64,000 nucleotides of DNA from an uncultured Chloroflexia bacterium (lineage in GTDB: Bacteria; Chloroflexota; Limnocylindria; Limnocylindrales; CSP1-4), in assembly GCA_963739885.1 (NCBI GenBank), contig CAVUCC010000003.1, forward strand, positions 9,580 to 73,579, read 5' to 3'. Numbering within the stretch: the stretch's first letter is position 1; each line of letters opens with the position of its first letter. This document shows positions 41,296 to 49,131 of the stretch, in pieces. The notes beneath the pieces were generated by a model. It saw nothing but the letters and a program-made list of their open reading frames with translations. It was not told the DNA's origin and ran no database searches. The position numbers and the translations under genes were made by a program.

Positions 41296-41364
41296 GAATG
41301 GGTAGATGCTCACCCCAAGTGTGCGACGCCGCGGCGAAGAGCGCAAGCAGCCCCCGGGTGTGCC

Positions 41365-41394
41365 GGGCGTCGCCGGCGGGAGGGGTCGACGCCC
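41365..41394 (-). terminator. Stem-loop immediately after the DUF192 gene (end of the Tad operon)
   Basis: An 8-bp stem, GGGCGTCG / CGACGCCC, with a 14-nt loop abuts the stop codon at 41395-41397. There is no clear U-tract. Confidence 0.3.
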
Positions 41395-41769
41395 TCAGGC
41401 GATCTCGAGAACCTCCAGGCGATCGCCCACCGTGGTCCCGGTCGCGTCGATCGTGCCCGCAGGCAGCTCCAGCACGCCGTCAGCGCCCCGTACCAGGGGC
41501 ACGAGCCCGGTCCACGCGCGCAACCGCCGGTGCACGGACCGCACGGGTCGGGCGCCGTCCGCGTCCGGCCGGCCCACGAACACGGCATCGATCGGGAAGC
41601 GCATGAACATCATGTGGATGCCGTTGCTGGCCGGCAGCCATAGCCCGGTGCCCGCCGGCAGCGAGCGCCGCCCCATGAGGCCCATGAACTTGGCCCACAG
41701 GGAGCCGGCCGTCTCGAGCTCCTCGGCCAGGACGGTGCCCCGGTCGAGGTTGCGCGCGGTCCCCGCCAA
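41395..41769 (-). CDS. DUF192 domain protein
   Basis: FMGLMGRRSLP and GIHMMFMRFPIDAVF are the DUF192 core. Only the last 124 codons of ORF 41395..43302 are protein-like. A TTG start at 41769 lies 8 nt after the tadC stop. Confidence 0.7.
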   Translation of the reverse strand: MAGTARNLDRGTVLAEELETAGSLWAKFMGLMGRRSLPAGTGLWLPASNGIHMMFMRFPIDAVFVGRPDADGARPVRSVHRRLRAWTGLVPLVRGADGVLELPAGTIDATGTTVGDRLEVLEIA

Positions 41770-41777
41770 CGAGCCTG

Positions 41778-42710
41778 TCAGACCTTGAGGTTGATCATGA
41801 TCAGGATGATCGCCGGGCCGAGGATGACGATGAACAGCGACGGGAAGATGCACCCGACCAGCGGGAACAGCATCTTGATCGGCGCCTTGGCCGCCATCTC
41901 CTCGGCGCGCTGCCGGCGCTCGATCCGCAGCTGCTCCGACTGGACCTGGAGCACCTTGCTGATCGACACGCCCAGCTGCTCGGCCTGGATGATCGCCCCG
42001 ATGAAGTTGGTGAGCGCCGGGACCTCGGTCCGGGGAACGATGTCCCGCAGCGCATCGCGCCGCGCCTTGCCAACGCGGATCTCGGCCAGCGCCCGCCGGA
42101 ACTCGTCGGTCAGCGGTCCCTGCAGCTTCTCGACCACCTTGCCCAGCGCCCCGTCGAAGCCGAGGCCGGCGCGGACGGAGATCGTCAGCAGGTCCAGGGC
42201 GTCCGGGATCTGGAGCAGGATGCCGTGCTGCCGGGCTCGCACGCGGCCGCCCAGCCAGAACTCGGGCAGCGTGTACCCGAGGAAGCCGCCGATGACGACC
42301 ATCACGAGCTCGATCAACGCCGGGAACCCGAGGAGTCCGACCACGAAGAACAGCAGGAAGAACAGGCCGGCGCCGACGATCGCACCCACGGCCTTGATGC
42401 CGAGCCAGTCGGCGACCCGCAGGTCGCCGGGGTTGCCGGCCAGGGCCAGGCGCTTCTCGGTGGACTGGGTGAACGAGGTGCTGGTGATCCGGGCGACGGT
42501 GCCGGACAGCCGGTTGGCCAGCGGACGGATGGTGCGCTCGTAGAGCGGCTGCTGGAGCTCGAGCTCCTCGAGGTTCTTGGCCTGCATCGTGCCCAGCTGC
42601 GTGAGGCGGGCCTGCACCGGGTCGATGGGCGCGCTGCCCGCGAGTCCCAGGAAGATCAGCAGGATCGCGCCGGCCGCCAGGACCGCGACGATGATGGTGA
42701 TGGGGTCCAT
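41778..42710 (-). CDS. tadC: Tad pilus inner-membrane platform protein (T2SS-F family), TadC
   Basis: T2SSF-type topology and sequence (LDLLTISVRAGLGFDGAL..., QAEQLGVSISKVL). Last platform gene after tadB. Confidence 0.85.
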   Translation of the reverse strand: MDPITIIVAVLAAGAILLIFLGLAGSAPIDPVQARLTQLGTMQAKNLEELELQQPLYERTIRPLANRLSGTVARITSTSFTQSTEKRLALAGNPGDLRVADWLGIKAVGAIVGAGLFFLLFFVVGLLGFPALIELVMVVIGGFLGYTLPEFWLGGRVRARQHGILLQIPDALDLLTISVRAGLGFDGALGKVVEKLQGPLTDEFRRALAEIRVGKARRDALRDIVPRTEVPALTNFIGAIIQAEQLGVSISKVLQVQSEQLRIERRQRAEEMAAKAPIKMLFPLVGCIFPSLFIVILGPAIILIMINLKV

Positions 42711-42713
42711 GCG

Positions 42714-43724
42714 CTAGACCTCGATGTCCACGATCTTGCGGATGAACATGAAGCCCATGAACATCGCGAAGCCGCCGATGAACAGGATGATCACCCCGGC
42801 CGGCAGCCCGATGACCGAGATCCGATCGTCGAACATGGGCTGCATGAAGCCGGGGGCTGCGATGAACAGGAAGCCGGCCAGGCCGATGGGCAGCATCCCG
42901 ACGACGTAGCCCGACAGCCGCTGCTGCGCGGTGAGGGTCCGGATCTCGCCCTTGATCCGCACTCGCTCGCGGATCGTGAACGCGATCGAGTCGAGGATCT
43001 CGGCCAGGTTGCCGCCGACCTGGTGCTGGATCGAGATGGCGGTCGCCATCAGCTCCAGGTCGTCGGACCGCACCCGCCGGACCATGTTCTCGAGCGCCGT
43101 GTCGAACGCCAGGCCCAGGTTGACCTCGCGGATGACGCGTCCGAACTCGGTCGAGATCGGCGGCCGCGACTCGCGCACCACGAGCTCGATGGCCTGGAGG
43201 AACGAGGACCCGGCGCGCAGCGCGTTGGCGATCAGGGTGATCGTGTCGGGCAGCTGCTTGTTGAACCCATTGAGGCGGCTCGACTTCCGCCGGCCCAGCC
43301 ACAGGCGTGGCAGGAAGAACCCGATCAGCGCGCCGACCAGCAGCACGATCGGGTTGCGCAGGGTGGGCACGCCGATCGAGACCACGATCATCAGCAGCGG
43401 CACGCCCACGATGCAGGCGGCCCAGATCATGAGGTACTCGCTGACCTTGAGGCGCAGATCCGCCCGCGCGATCTCGCGCGCGAGGTTGGCCCCGAAGTCT
43501 CGCTGCTCGACGACCTTGTTGAGCGCCGACATGGCCTGGCTGGACTGCAGCGCCTCGGCCAGGCCGACCTGGCTGGCCGATTCCGGTTTCTCCGGTCGGG
43601 TCGAGGCATAGCGCTGGAGTCGGGCGTTGACGCCCGAGCTGCCGCCTGACATCGCGATCCCGACCGCGATCACCACGATCGCGAGGGCAGCGACACCGGC
43701 GATGGCGATCGTCATCGTATCCAC
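42714..43724 (-). CDS. tadB: Tad pilus inner-membrane platform protein (T2SS-F family), TadB
   Basis: T2SSF domain (LPDTITLIANALRAGSSFLQAIE..., HQVGGNLAEILD). Follows cpaF. Confidence 0.85.
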   Translation of the reverse strand: MDTMTIAIAGVAALAIVVIAVGIAMSGGSSGVNARLQRYASTRPEKPESASQVGLAEALQSSQAMSALNKVVEQRDFGANLAREIARADLRLKVSEYLMIWAACIVGVPLLMIVVSIGVPTLRNPIVLLVGALIGFFLPRLWLGRRKSSRLNGFNKQLPDTITLIANALRAGSSFLQAIELVVRESRPPISTEFGRVIREVNLGLAFDTALENMVRRVRSDDLELMATAISIQHQVGGNLAEILDSIAFTIRERVRIKGEIRTLTAQQRLSGYVVGMLPIGLAGFLFIAAPGFMQPMFDDRISVIGLPAGVIILFIGGFAMFMGFMFIRKIVDIEV

Positions 43725-43745
43725 AAGCGGTCTCCCCAGTCCCTG

Positions 43746-45155
43746 CTAGTAGCTGAAGCCGAACAGCCCGGGCGGGAGGTGGATGCCCTGGACCTCGAAC
43801 TTCTCCACGAACTTGGGCCGGATCCCGGTCGGCTTGAGCCGGCCCTGGATCTTGCCCTCCTCGACGCCCGTCTGCTCGAACACGAACACGTCCTGCATGA
43901 CGATGACGTCACCCTCCATCCCCTGGACCTCGGTGATGTTGGTGATCCGGCGGGTTCCATCCTTGAGGCGGGACTGATGGACGATGACGTCGACGGCCGA
44001 GGCGATCTGCTCGCGGATGGCCCGCACGGGCAGGTCGACGCCAGCCATCAGGACCATCGTCTCGAGCCGCGACAGCATGTCGCGCGGGCTGTTGGCGTGG
44101 CCGGTGGACATCGAGCCATCGTGGCCGGTGTTCATGGCCTGGAGCATGTCCAGCGCCTCGCCCGACGGCACTCGCCGACGATGATCCGGTCGGGCCGCAT
44201 GCGCAGCGAGTTGCGGACCAGGTCCCGGATCGGGATCTGGCCCTTGCCCTCGATGTTGGGTGGGCGGGACTCGAGGGTCACCACGTGCTCCTGCCGGAGC
44301 TGGAGCTCTGCCGCGTCCTCGATGGTCACGATCCGCTCGTCGTTGGGGATGAAGGAGGACAGGACGTTGAGCGTCGTCGTCTTGCCCGAGCCCGTGCCGC
44401 CGGAGACGAAGATGTTGAGCCGGGCCTCCACCGAGGCGCGCAGGAACTCGAACATCTCGGGCGTCGCGGTTCCGAAATCGGATCAGGTCGTCCACGGTGA
44501 AGGGGGAGGCCGAGAACTTCCGGATCGTGATCACGGGACCCACCAGCGACAGCGGCGGGATGATCGCGTTGACGCGCGAGCCGTCCGTGAGGCGGGCGTC
44601 GACCATGGGGCTCGACTCATCCACGCGGCGACCGATCGGCGCGATGATCCGATCGATGATCCGCATCACGTGGTCGTCGTTCTGGAACACGACGTTGGTC
44701 AGCTCAAGGCGGCCGCTGCGCTCGATGTACACCTGGCGAGGGCCGTTGACCATCACCTCGCTGATGCTCTCGTCGCGGAGCAACGGCTCCAGCGGGCCGA
44801 GGCCGATGATCTCGTCGGTGATCTGCTCGAGCATCCGCACCCGTTCGGCGCGGGTGAGGGCGAGACCCTCCTCGTCGATGACCTTGCCGAAGATCTCCTC
44901 GATCTGCCGACGCACCTCGACCTGGTTCGACAGGTCGAGCTTGGGGTCGAGGTCCTGAATGACCCGGTTCTGGATCCGGAACTTGACGTCCCGGAACGAC
45001 TCCCTGACCGGCGCCTGGGTCATCAGCCGCCCGCTCGGCGCGGCCGGCGCCTGGCTCCCGCCTCCGCCCCCCGGCGTCGTGGCGGGAACGCTGGACCCGT
45101 CGGGTGCCGATCCGGCGCCGGGACGGGCGCTTTCGATCCGCTTCAGCAGGGACAT
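43746..45155 (-). pseudogene. cpaF: Tad pilus ATPase CpaF/TadA, with a ~310-nt segment thrown out of frame by two compensating 1-nt indels
   Basis: The main frame gives the N-terminus up to FTVDDLIRF, and the C-terminus from [26 protein letters not shown]. The Walker A/B core ([36 protein letters not shown]...[13 protein letters not shown]) is in ORF 44132..44455. There is an extra T in the TTT run at 44475-44477 and a missing base at about 44165. Confidence 0.9.
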
Positions 45156-45201
45156 CAGTCACACCCCTTCGGCCGCGAACGGCCATGCACACGCTGCCGC
45201 G

Positions 45202-46464
45202 TCATCGCCACGCGAACAGTGACTTCTTCTGGCCGGCCTTCTTGGCGGGCTCGTCGGCCGCAGCGGCCTTCGTCCCCACCACGGCCGAGGCGAGGCGAAG
45301 GATGTCCTGCGACACCTGGGCCTCTCGGTTGGACAGGAAGAACGGCACCCCTCGGTTGAGGGCGTAGACGACGCTCCGACCGTCGGAGACGATCGTATGA
45401 TCCACGCGGCGACCGATCGAATGCTCCACGTCGGCGACCCGAATCCCCAGCGACGAGTCGGCACGGTTGAGTACCAGCCGGATCTTGTCCGGAGGGTAGC
45501 CGAGCTGATCGGCGACCTCCAGGAACAGGCGGATGTTCTTGATCGACGTGATCTCGAGCGACAGCATCGTGAGCACGGTGTCGGCCTGGTCCAGGATCGC
45601 CAGCGTGGTGTCGTTGAACGAGGCCATGCAGTCGACGACGACCAGGTCGTTGTCCAGCCGCAGGCTCTCGATCATGGCCTTGGCGCCCACGGGCGTGATC
45701 AGCTCGGCCATCTCGGGCGATGGCGGGGCGAGCAGCACGCGGATCCCCGAGGAGTGATTGATGACGAACGTGTCCAGTGATTCGAGCTCGCCGCTCTCGA
45801 GCTCCGGGATCACATCCGCGATCGACTTGTTCTTGGGGTTGAGGTTGAGCAGCACGCCCACGTCACCGAACTGGAACGAGGCGTCAACCAGGCATGTTCG
45901 CTGGCCGAGCTCGGTGGCTGCGGCCACGGCGAGGTTGACGGCGAGCGTCGTCCGGCCCACGCCGCCCTTGGGGCCGAAGACCGCGACCACGCGGCCCGGC
46001 TCCTGGTCCTCGCGCGTCGAGTGCCCCGCCGGAGCGGCGGCGGCCGCGCCGGCCACCGGCTGCACCGCCATCCGTGACAGCTTCTCGCGCTCGCGCGTGT
46101 AGACGTGCCGGATCGACAGCGTGAGCTCGTCCGACGAGAACGGCTTGACCAGGAACTCGCGAGCCCCGGCCAGCATCGATCGGCGGAGGTAGTCCGCCTC
46201 GCCCTGGACGGACATCATCACAACCGCCGCGGTCGGGACCTCGGCGGCCATCTGCTCGGTGGCGGTGATGCCGTCCATGTCGGGCATGTTGATGTCCATC
46301 AGGACGATGTCGGGCTTCACGCTCCGCGCCGTGTCGATCGCCTCGCGGCCCGACGCGGCAGCCCCGACGACCTCGATGTCCGCCTCGAAGCCGAGCAGCT
46401 TCGAAAGGTGGTCACGGGTCTCCGGGATGTCGTCGACGATCAGGACGCGGATCTTGTCGGGCAT
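45202..46464 (-). CDS. Response-regulator receiver fused to CpaE/TadZ-type ParA/MinD ATPase
   Basis: The receiver has IRVLIVDDIPETR, VLMDINMPDMDG and FLVKP. The ATPase domain has VAVFGPKGGVGRTTLAVNLA. Start at ATG 46464; the upstream Pro-rich part of the ORF overlaps cpaB. Confidence 0.85.
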   Translation of the reverse strand: MPDKIRVLIVDDIPETRDHLSKLLGFEADIEVVGAAASGREAIDTARSVKPDIVLMDINMPDMDGITATEQMAAEVPTAAVVMMSVQGEADYLRRSMLAGAREFLVKPFSSDELTLSIRHVYTREREKLSRMAVQPVAGAAAAAPAGHSTREDQEPGRVVAVFGPKGGVGRTTLAVNLAVAAATELGQRTCLVDASFQFGDVGVLLNLNPKNKSIADVIPELESGELESLDTFVINHSSGIRVLLAPPSPEMAELITPVGAKAMIESLRLDNDLVVVDCMASFNDTTLAILDQADTVLTMLSLEITSIKNIRLFLEVADQLGYPPDKIRLVLNRADSSLGIRVADVEHSIGRRVDHTIVSDGRSVVYALNRGVPFFLSNREAQVSQDILRLASAVVGTKAAAADEPAKKAGQKKSLFAWR

Positions 46465-46534
46465 TGGTCGGTCGTGGTGCCTCGAAGGATGTTGACGTGG
46501 TGCCGGCGGCGGGACGGGGTCCGGCCGGGATGGT

Positions 46535-46560
46535 GATGGGCCGGATGCCACCGGCCCATC
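46535..46560 (-). other. 10-bp perfect stem-loop in the cpaB / cpaE-like spacer
   Basis: GATGGGCCGG - ATGCCA - CCGGCCCATC. It lies in the 143-nt gap between two genes of the same operon. Confidence 0.35.
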
Positions 46561-46607
46561 GGGTCGCTGCGAGGCTCTCAAGGGTGGAGCCTGTTCGATA
46601 CGGGACG

Positions 46608-47600
46608 TTACGGAGCGGCGCTCGGGCTTGGGCTCGGGCTTGGGCTCGGGACCACGGCCGGGTGGCCGGACGGAAGGACGTTGGGAAGCGGCGACGGCTC
46701 GATGACCTGGACGATCTGCGGCGGTAGGACCCCGTAGTCGTCGACCAGGACGCGGAGCGTGATGCCGGTGGTCGGAACGATCGGGCACGGTGTCGCCTGG
46801 CCGTTCGCCGTCTGGCAGTCGGCCGTCGCCCGGAGCACGAGCGAGATGTCACCCTGCATCTGGGCGAACTTGATCACCTCGGCCTGCTGGACCGTGGCGG
46901 CCACGATCACCATCTCCTGCTGATCGGTGCCGAGGCTGGTGCCACTGCCGGTGCTGTTGTCACCGGTGGCCGCGGGCGGTGGCGGCAGCAGCGTCGCGAG
47001 CACCTGGAGGCCCTCGGCGAGCACCTTGACCGTGGTCGAGTTGTACGGAATGTCGGTGTTGGTGTACGCGGGTCCCGTCGAGGGCGGCGGCGTGGCGTTC
47101 CCGCGCGGCGCCGTGGTCGAGATCTCGACCAGGGGCACCGTCTCGGCGCCCGTGAGACCCATCACGAGGTCAACGTAGTCGCCGGACTTGATGAGCGTCC
47201 CCACGCCGGTCGTCTGGTCGACGAGCAGCGATACCCCCACGTAGCCCGCCGGCACGTCGATGCTGGTCACGGTGCCCGACGGGTTGATGATGTCGGCGGT
47301 GATCAGCTGTTCGGCGCTGACGGCCTTGCGCGCCGTCTGCCCGATGACGAACGACGTGTCGCCGAACCCATTCGCGGGCTTGTCGGCGATCGGAATCTCC
47401 TTGGTCTTGACGTCGGCCGCCGTGATCTTGGTGCTGAGCGGGATGTCCTTGGCCGCAACCACGACGAGCGTGGTCGTCGCATTGGCCCCCGAATTCGATG
47501 ACGGGTTGCTGTTTCCGTTCAGTGTGAACAGGATCAGGACGAACGCGACCACCGCGAGGAAGATCCCGATGAGCAGGACCAACCGGTTTGAGCGTTTCAA
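46608..47600 (-). CDS. cpaB: Flp pilus assembly protein CpaB/RcpC (SAF-domain)
   Basis: An N-terminal TM helix (LVLLIGIFLAVVAFVLILF), a SAF-like VVVAAKDIPLSTKITAADVKTKEIP, and a C-terminal (PS)n tail. A TTG start at 47600 lies 5 nt after GGGGAGG; ATG 47636 is the alternative. Confidence 0.82.
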   Translation of the reverse strand: MKRSNRLVLLIGIFLAVVAFVLILFTLNGNSNPSSNSGANATTTLVVVAAKDIPLSTKITAADVKTKEIPIADKPANGFGDTSFVIGQTARKAVSAEQLITADIINPSGTVTSIDVPAGYVGVSLLVDQTTGVGTLIKSGDYVDLVMGLTGAETVPLVEISTTAPRGNATPPPSTGPAYTNTDIPYNSTTVKVLAEGLQVLATLLPPPPAATGDNSTGSGTSLGTDQQEMVIVAATVQQAEVIKFAQMQGDISLVLRATADCQTANGQATPCPIVPTTGITLRVLVDDYGVLPPQIVQVIEPSPLPNVLPSGHPAVVPSPSPSPSPSAAP

Positions 47601-47848
47601 CGAAACCTCCCCAAGCCGTGTGACAGGTGGCAACACTCTAGCACCGGGATTCTCCCTCGTTACCGCCCAAAAGGGCTAGGACCGTTGGGAAGAAATGGGC
47701 AGAGACGCTGCACCTCGTAAGGTGTGCTGCAAGGCTGGGCGCGATCACCGGAGGCGAGCGTGTCGGCAGGCCGACATGATGGCGGGTCAGTGAAATGCGG
47801 AGCCCGCCAGCGCGTGCCGGCGGGCTGCCTTCGGTGGGTGGTGGCTGC

Positions 47849-48046
47849 TTACGGCGTGTACGACTGGAGCGTGGCACCAACGGTGCTGAGCTTGTCGCTG
47901 ACCTGGCTGCCCATGAAGATCAGGGCAATGATGGAAACGATCGCGATGAGGGCGAGGATGAGTGCGTATTCGGCCAGCCCCTGGCCGTCCTCGTCGTCCC
48001 GGCCGACAGCAGCCGACACAACGGTCATCACCTTCGTGAGAAGCAT
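47849..48046 (-). CDS. flp: Flp family type IVb pilin (paralogue 1)
   Basis: MLLTKVMTVVSAAVGRDDEDG/QGLAEYALILALIAIVSIIALIF... has the G-X4-EY processing motif and a hydrophobic helix. ATG 48046 is preceded by GGGAGGTG. Confidence 0.88.
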   Translation of the reverse strand: MLLTKVMTVVSAAVGRDDEDGQGLAEYALILALIAIVSIIALIFMGSQVSDKLSTVGATLQSYTP

Positions 48047-48207
48047 GGACTCGATCACCTCCCTTCTGAGCTGTCGCTCGATTCCGAGGGGGGATGCAGC
48101 CGCGATACCGCGCCCGCGAGCCCCCGGTGCGTCGTACGTTAGGCATCCTGTCCGGGAATACAACCGGACGAACGTCCTGAATGGTGAGCGGACTCAACAA
48201 CGAAGAA

Positions 48208-48235
48208 CGCCGGCCGCCTGGTCGGGCAGCCGGCG
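48208..48235 (-). terminator. Rho-independent terminator after flp paralogue 2
   Basis: An 11-bp stem (CGCCGGCCGCC / GGCAGCCGGCG, one G-U pair) with a 6-nt loop. On the transcribed strand it is followed by TTCTTCGTTGTTG. Confidence 0.6.
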
Positions 48236-48261
48236 CGCTCTGTGTTGAACGTGGAACCCGG

Positions 48262-48432
48262 TTAGACCGAGTTGCCGACGGTCGACAGGATGGTCGAGAC
48301 CTGGCCGCCCAGGAAGATGAGGGCGATGATCGCGACGATCGCGATCAGGGCGAGGATCAGCGCGTACTCCGCGAGACCCTGGCCTTCCTCGTCACGAGAG
48401 ACGAGCGAGATGAGTGCATTGAACAGCGTCAT
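48262..48432 (-). CDS. flp: Flp family type IVb pilin (paralogue 2)
   Basis: MTLFNALISLVSRDEEG/QGLAEYALILALIAIVAIIALIFLGGQVSTILSTVGNSV. ATG 48432 is preceded by GGAAGGAGG. Confidence 0.9.
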   Translation of the reverse strand: MTLFNALISLVSRDEEGQGLAEYALILALIAIVAIIALIFLGGQVSTILSTVGNSV

Positions 48433-48484
48433 GGATGGTTGCCTCCTTCCCTGAGAGCTCGCGGATCGTTCCGCGGCGAACGGG

Positions 48485-48513
48485 ACGATAGGTCGCTTTG
48501 TGTTGGGCGTCAA
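48485..48513 (-). promoter_or_regulatory. Sigma-70-like promoter for flp paralogue 2
   Basis: On the minus strand: TTGACG (48513-48508), a 17-nt spacer, then TATCGT (48490-48485), about 50 nt upstream of the ATG. Confidence 0.4.
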
Positions 48514-48560
48514 CCCCGACAAACGGGGTATTGGTGCACCTCGGCACCCATCCCGGGCAT

Positions 48561-48596
48561 CGCGAAGGGCCGCCGGCAAGCCGGCGGCCCTTCGCG
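48561..48596 (-). terminator. Strong stem-loop after flp paralogue 3
   Basis: A perfect 16-bp stem, CGCGAAGGGCCGCCGG / CCGGCGGCCCTTCGCG, with loop CAAG lies 17 nt past the flp3 stop. No U-tract. Confidence 0.55.
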
Positions 48597-48612
48597 TGTT
48601 GCCTGAGCCTGG

Positions 48613-48783
48613 TTAGACCGAGTTGCCCACGGTCGACAGGATGCTCGAGACCTGGCCGCCCAGGAAGATGAGGGCGATGATCGCGACGATCGCGATGAGG
48701 GCGAGGATCAGCGCGTACTCCGCGAGACCCTGGCCTTCCTCGTCCGTCCGGAACGAGGCGAGAAGCGAGGTAATGAGTGCCAT
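48613..48783 (-). CDS. flp: Flp family type IVb pilin (paralogue 3)
   Basis: MALITSLLASFRTDEEG/QGLAEYALILALIAIVAIIALIFLGGQVSSILSTVGNSV. ATG 48783 is preceded by GGGAGG. Confidence 0.9.
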   Translation of the reverse strand: MALITSLLASFRTDEEGQGLAEYALILALIAIVAIIALIFLGGQVSSILSTVGNSV

Positions 48784-48966
48784 TCGGTTCCTCCCGAGAG
48801 AGATAAGGGCCCGCCCTGAGGTCCAGGGCGACACCAAACGTAAGGGCTGCGTGAAGGCGCGCCAATGGGACGAAGGTCCTGTGCCGTGGGGCCCGTCCCG
48901 AGTGGTGCACGCTCACGTTCGGCCACGTCGACAAGTCGCGGTGCCAGGGTGCTCCGGGATGAGCGT

Positions 48967-49131
48967 CTACGGCCCGCCGTGGGCTGCATCGACGAGCACC
49001 CCGACTGCGTCGGCCAGCGTACCGCCGAAGAAGAAGATGATGACCAGCGCGAGGGCCACGGCCAGGCCGAGGATCAGGGTGGTCTCCAGGATGCCGGGGC
49101 CCGTCTCGCTGCCGGCCTGCTGACCCGTCAT
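48967..49131 (-). CDS. Unlisted 54-aa Flp-like (pseudo)pilin
   Basis: Hand translation gives MTGQQAGSETG/PGILETTLILGLAVALALVIIFFFGGTLADAVGVLVDAAHGGP. It has Gly then Glu at +5 as in Flp, but Thr at +6 instead of Tyr, followed by a hydrophobic helix. The ATG (49131-49129) overlaps the TGA (49130-49128) of the upstream kinase gene. The ORF is below the ORF-track size cut-off. Confidence 0.55.
   Translation of the reverse strand: MTGQQAGSETGPGILETTLILGLAVALALVIIFFFGGTLADAVGVLVDAAHGGP

Noticed and set aside
41395-43302. 635-aa ORF
   Set aside because: Only the C-terminal 124 codons (DUF192) are protein-like. The remainder is an alternative frame of tadB/tadC.
46617-46652. GGGCTTGGGCTC tandem repeat
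   Set aside because: It lies inside cpaB and simply encodes the (PS)n C-terminal tail. It is a coding low-complexity repeat and not a separate element.
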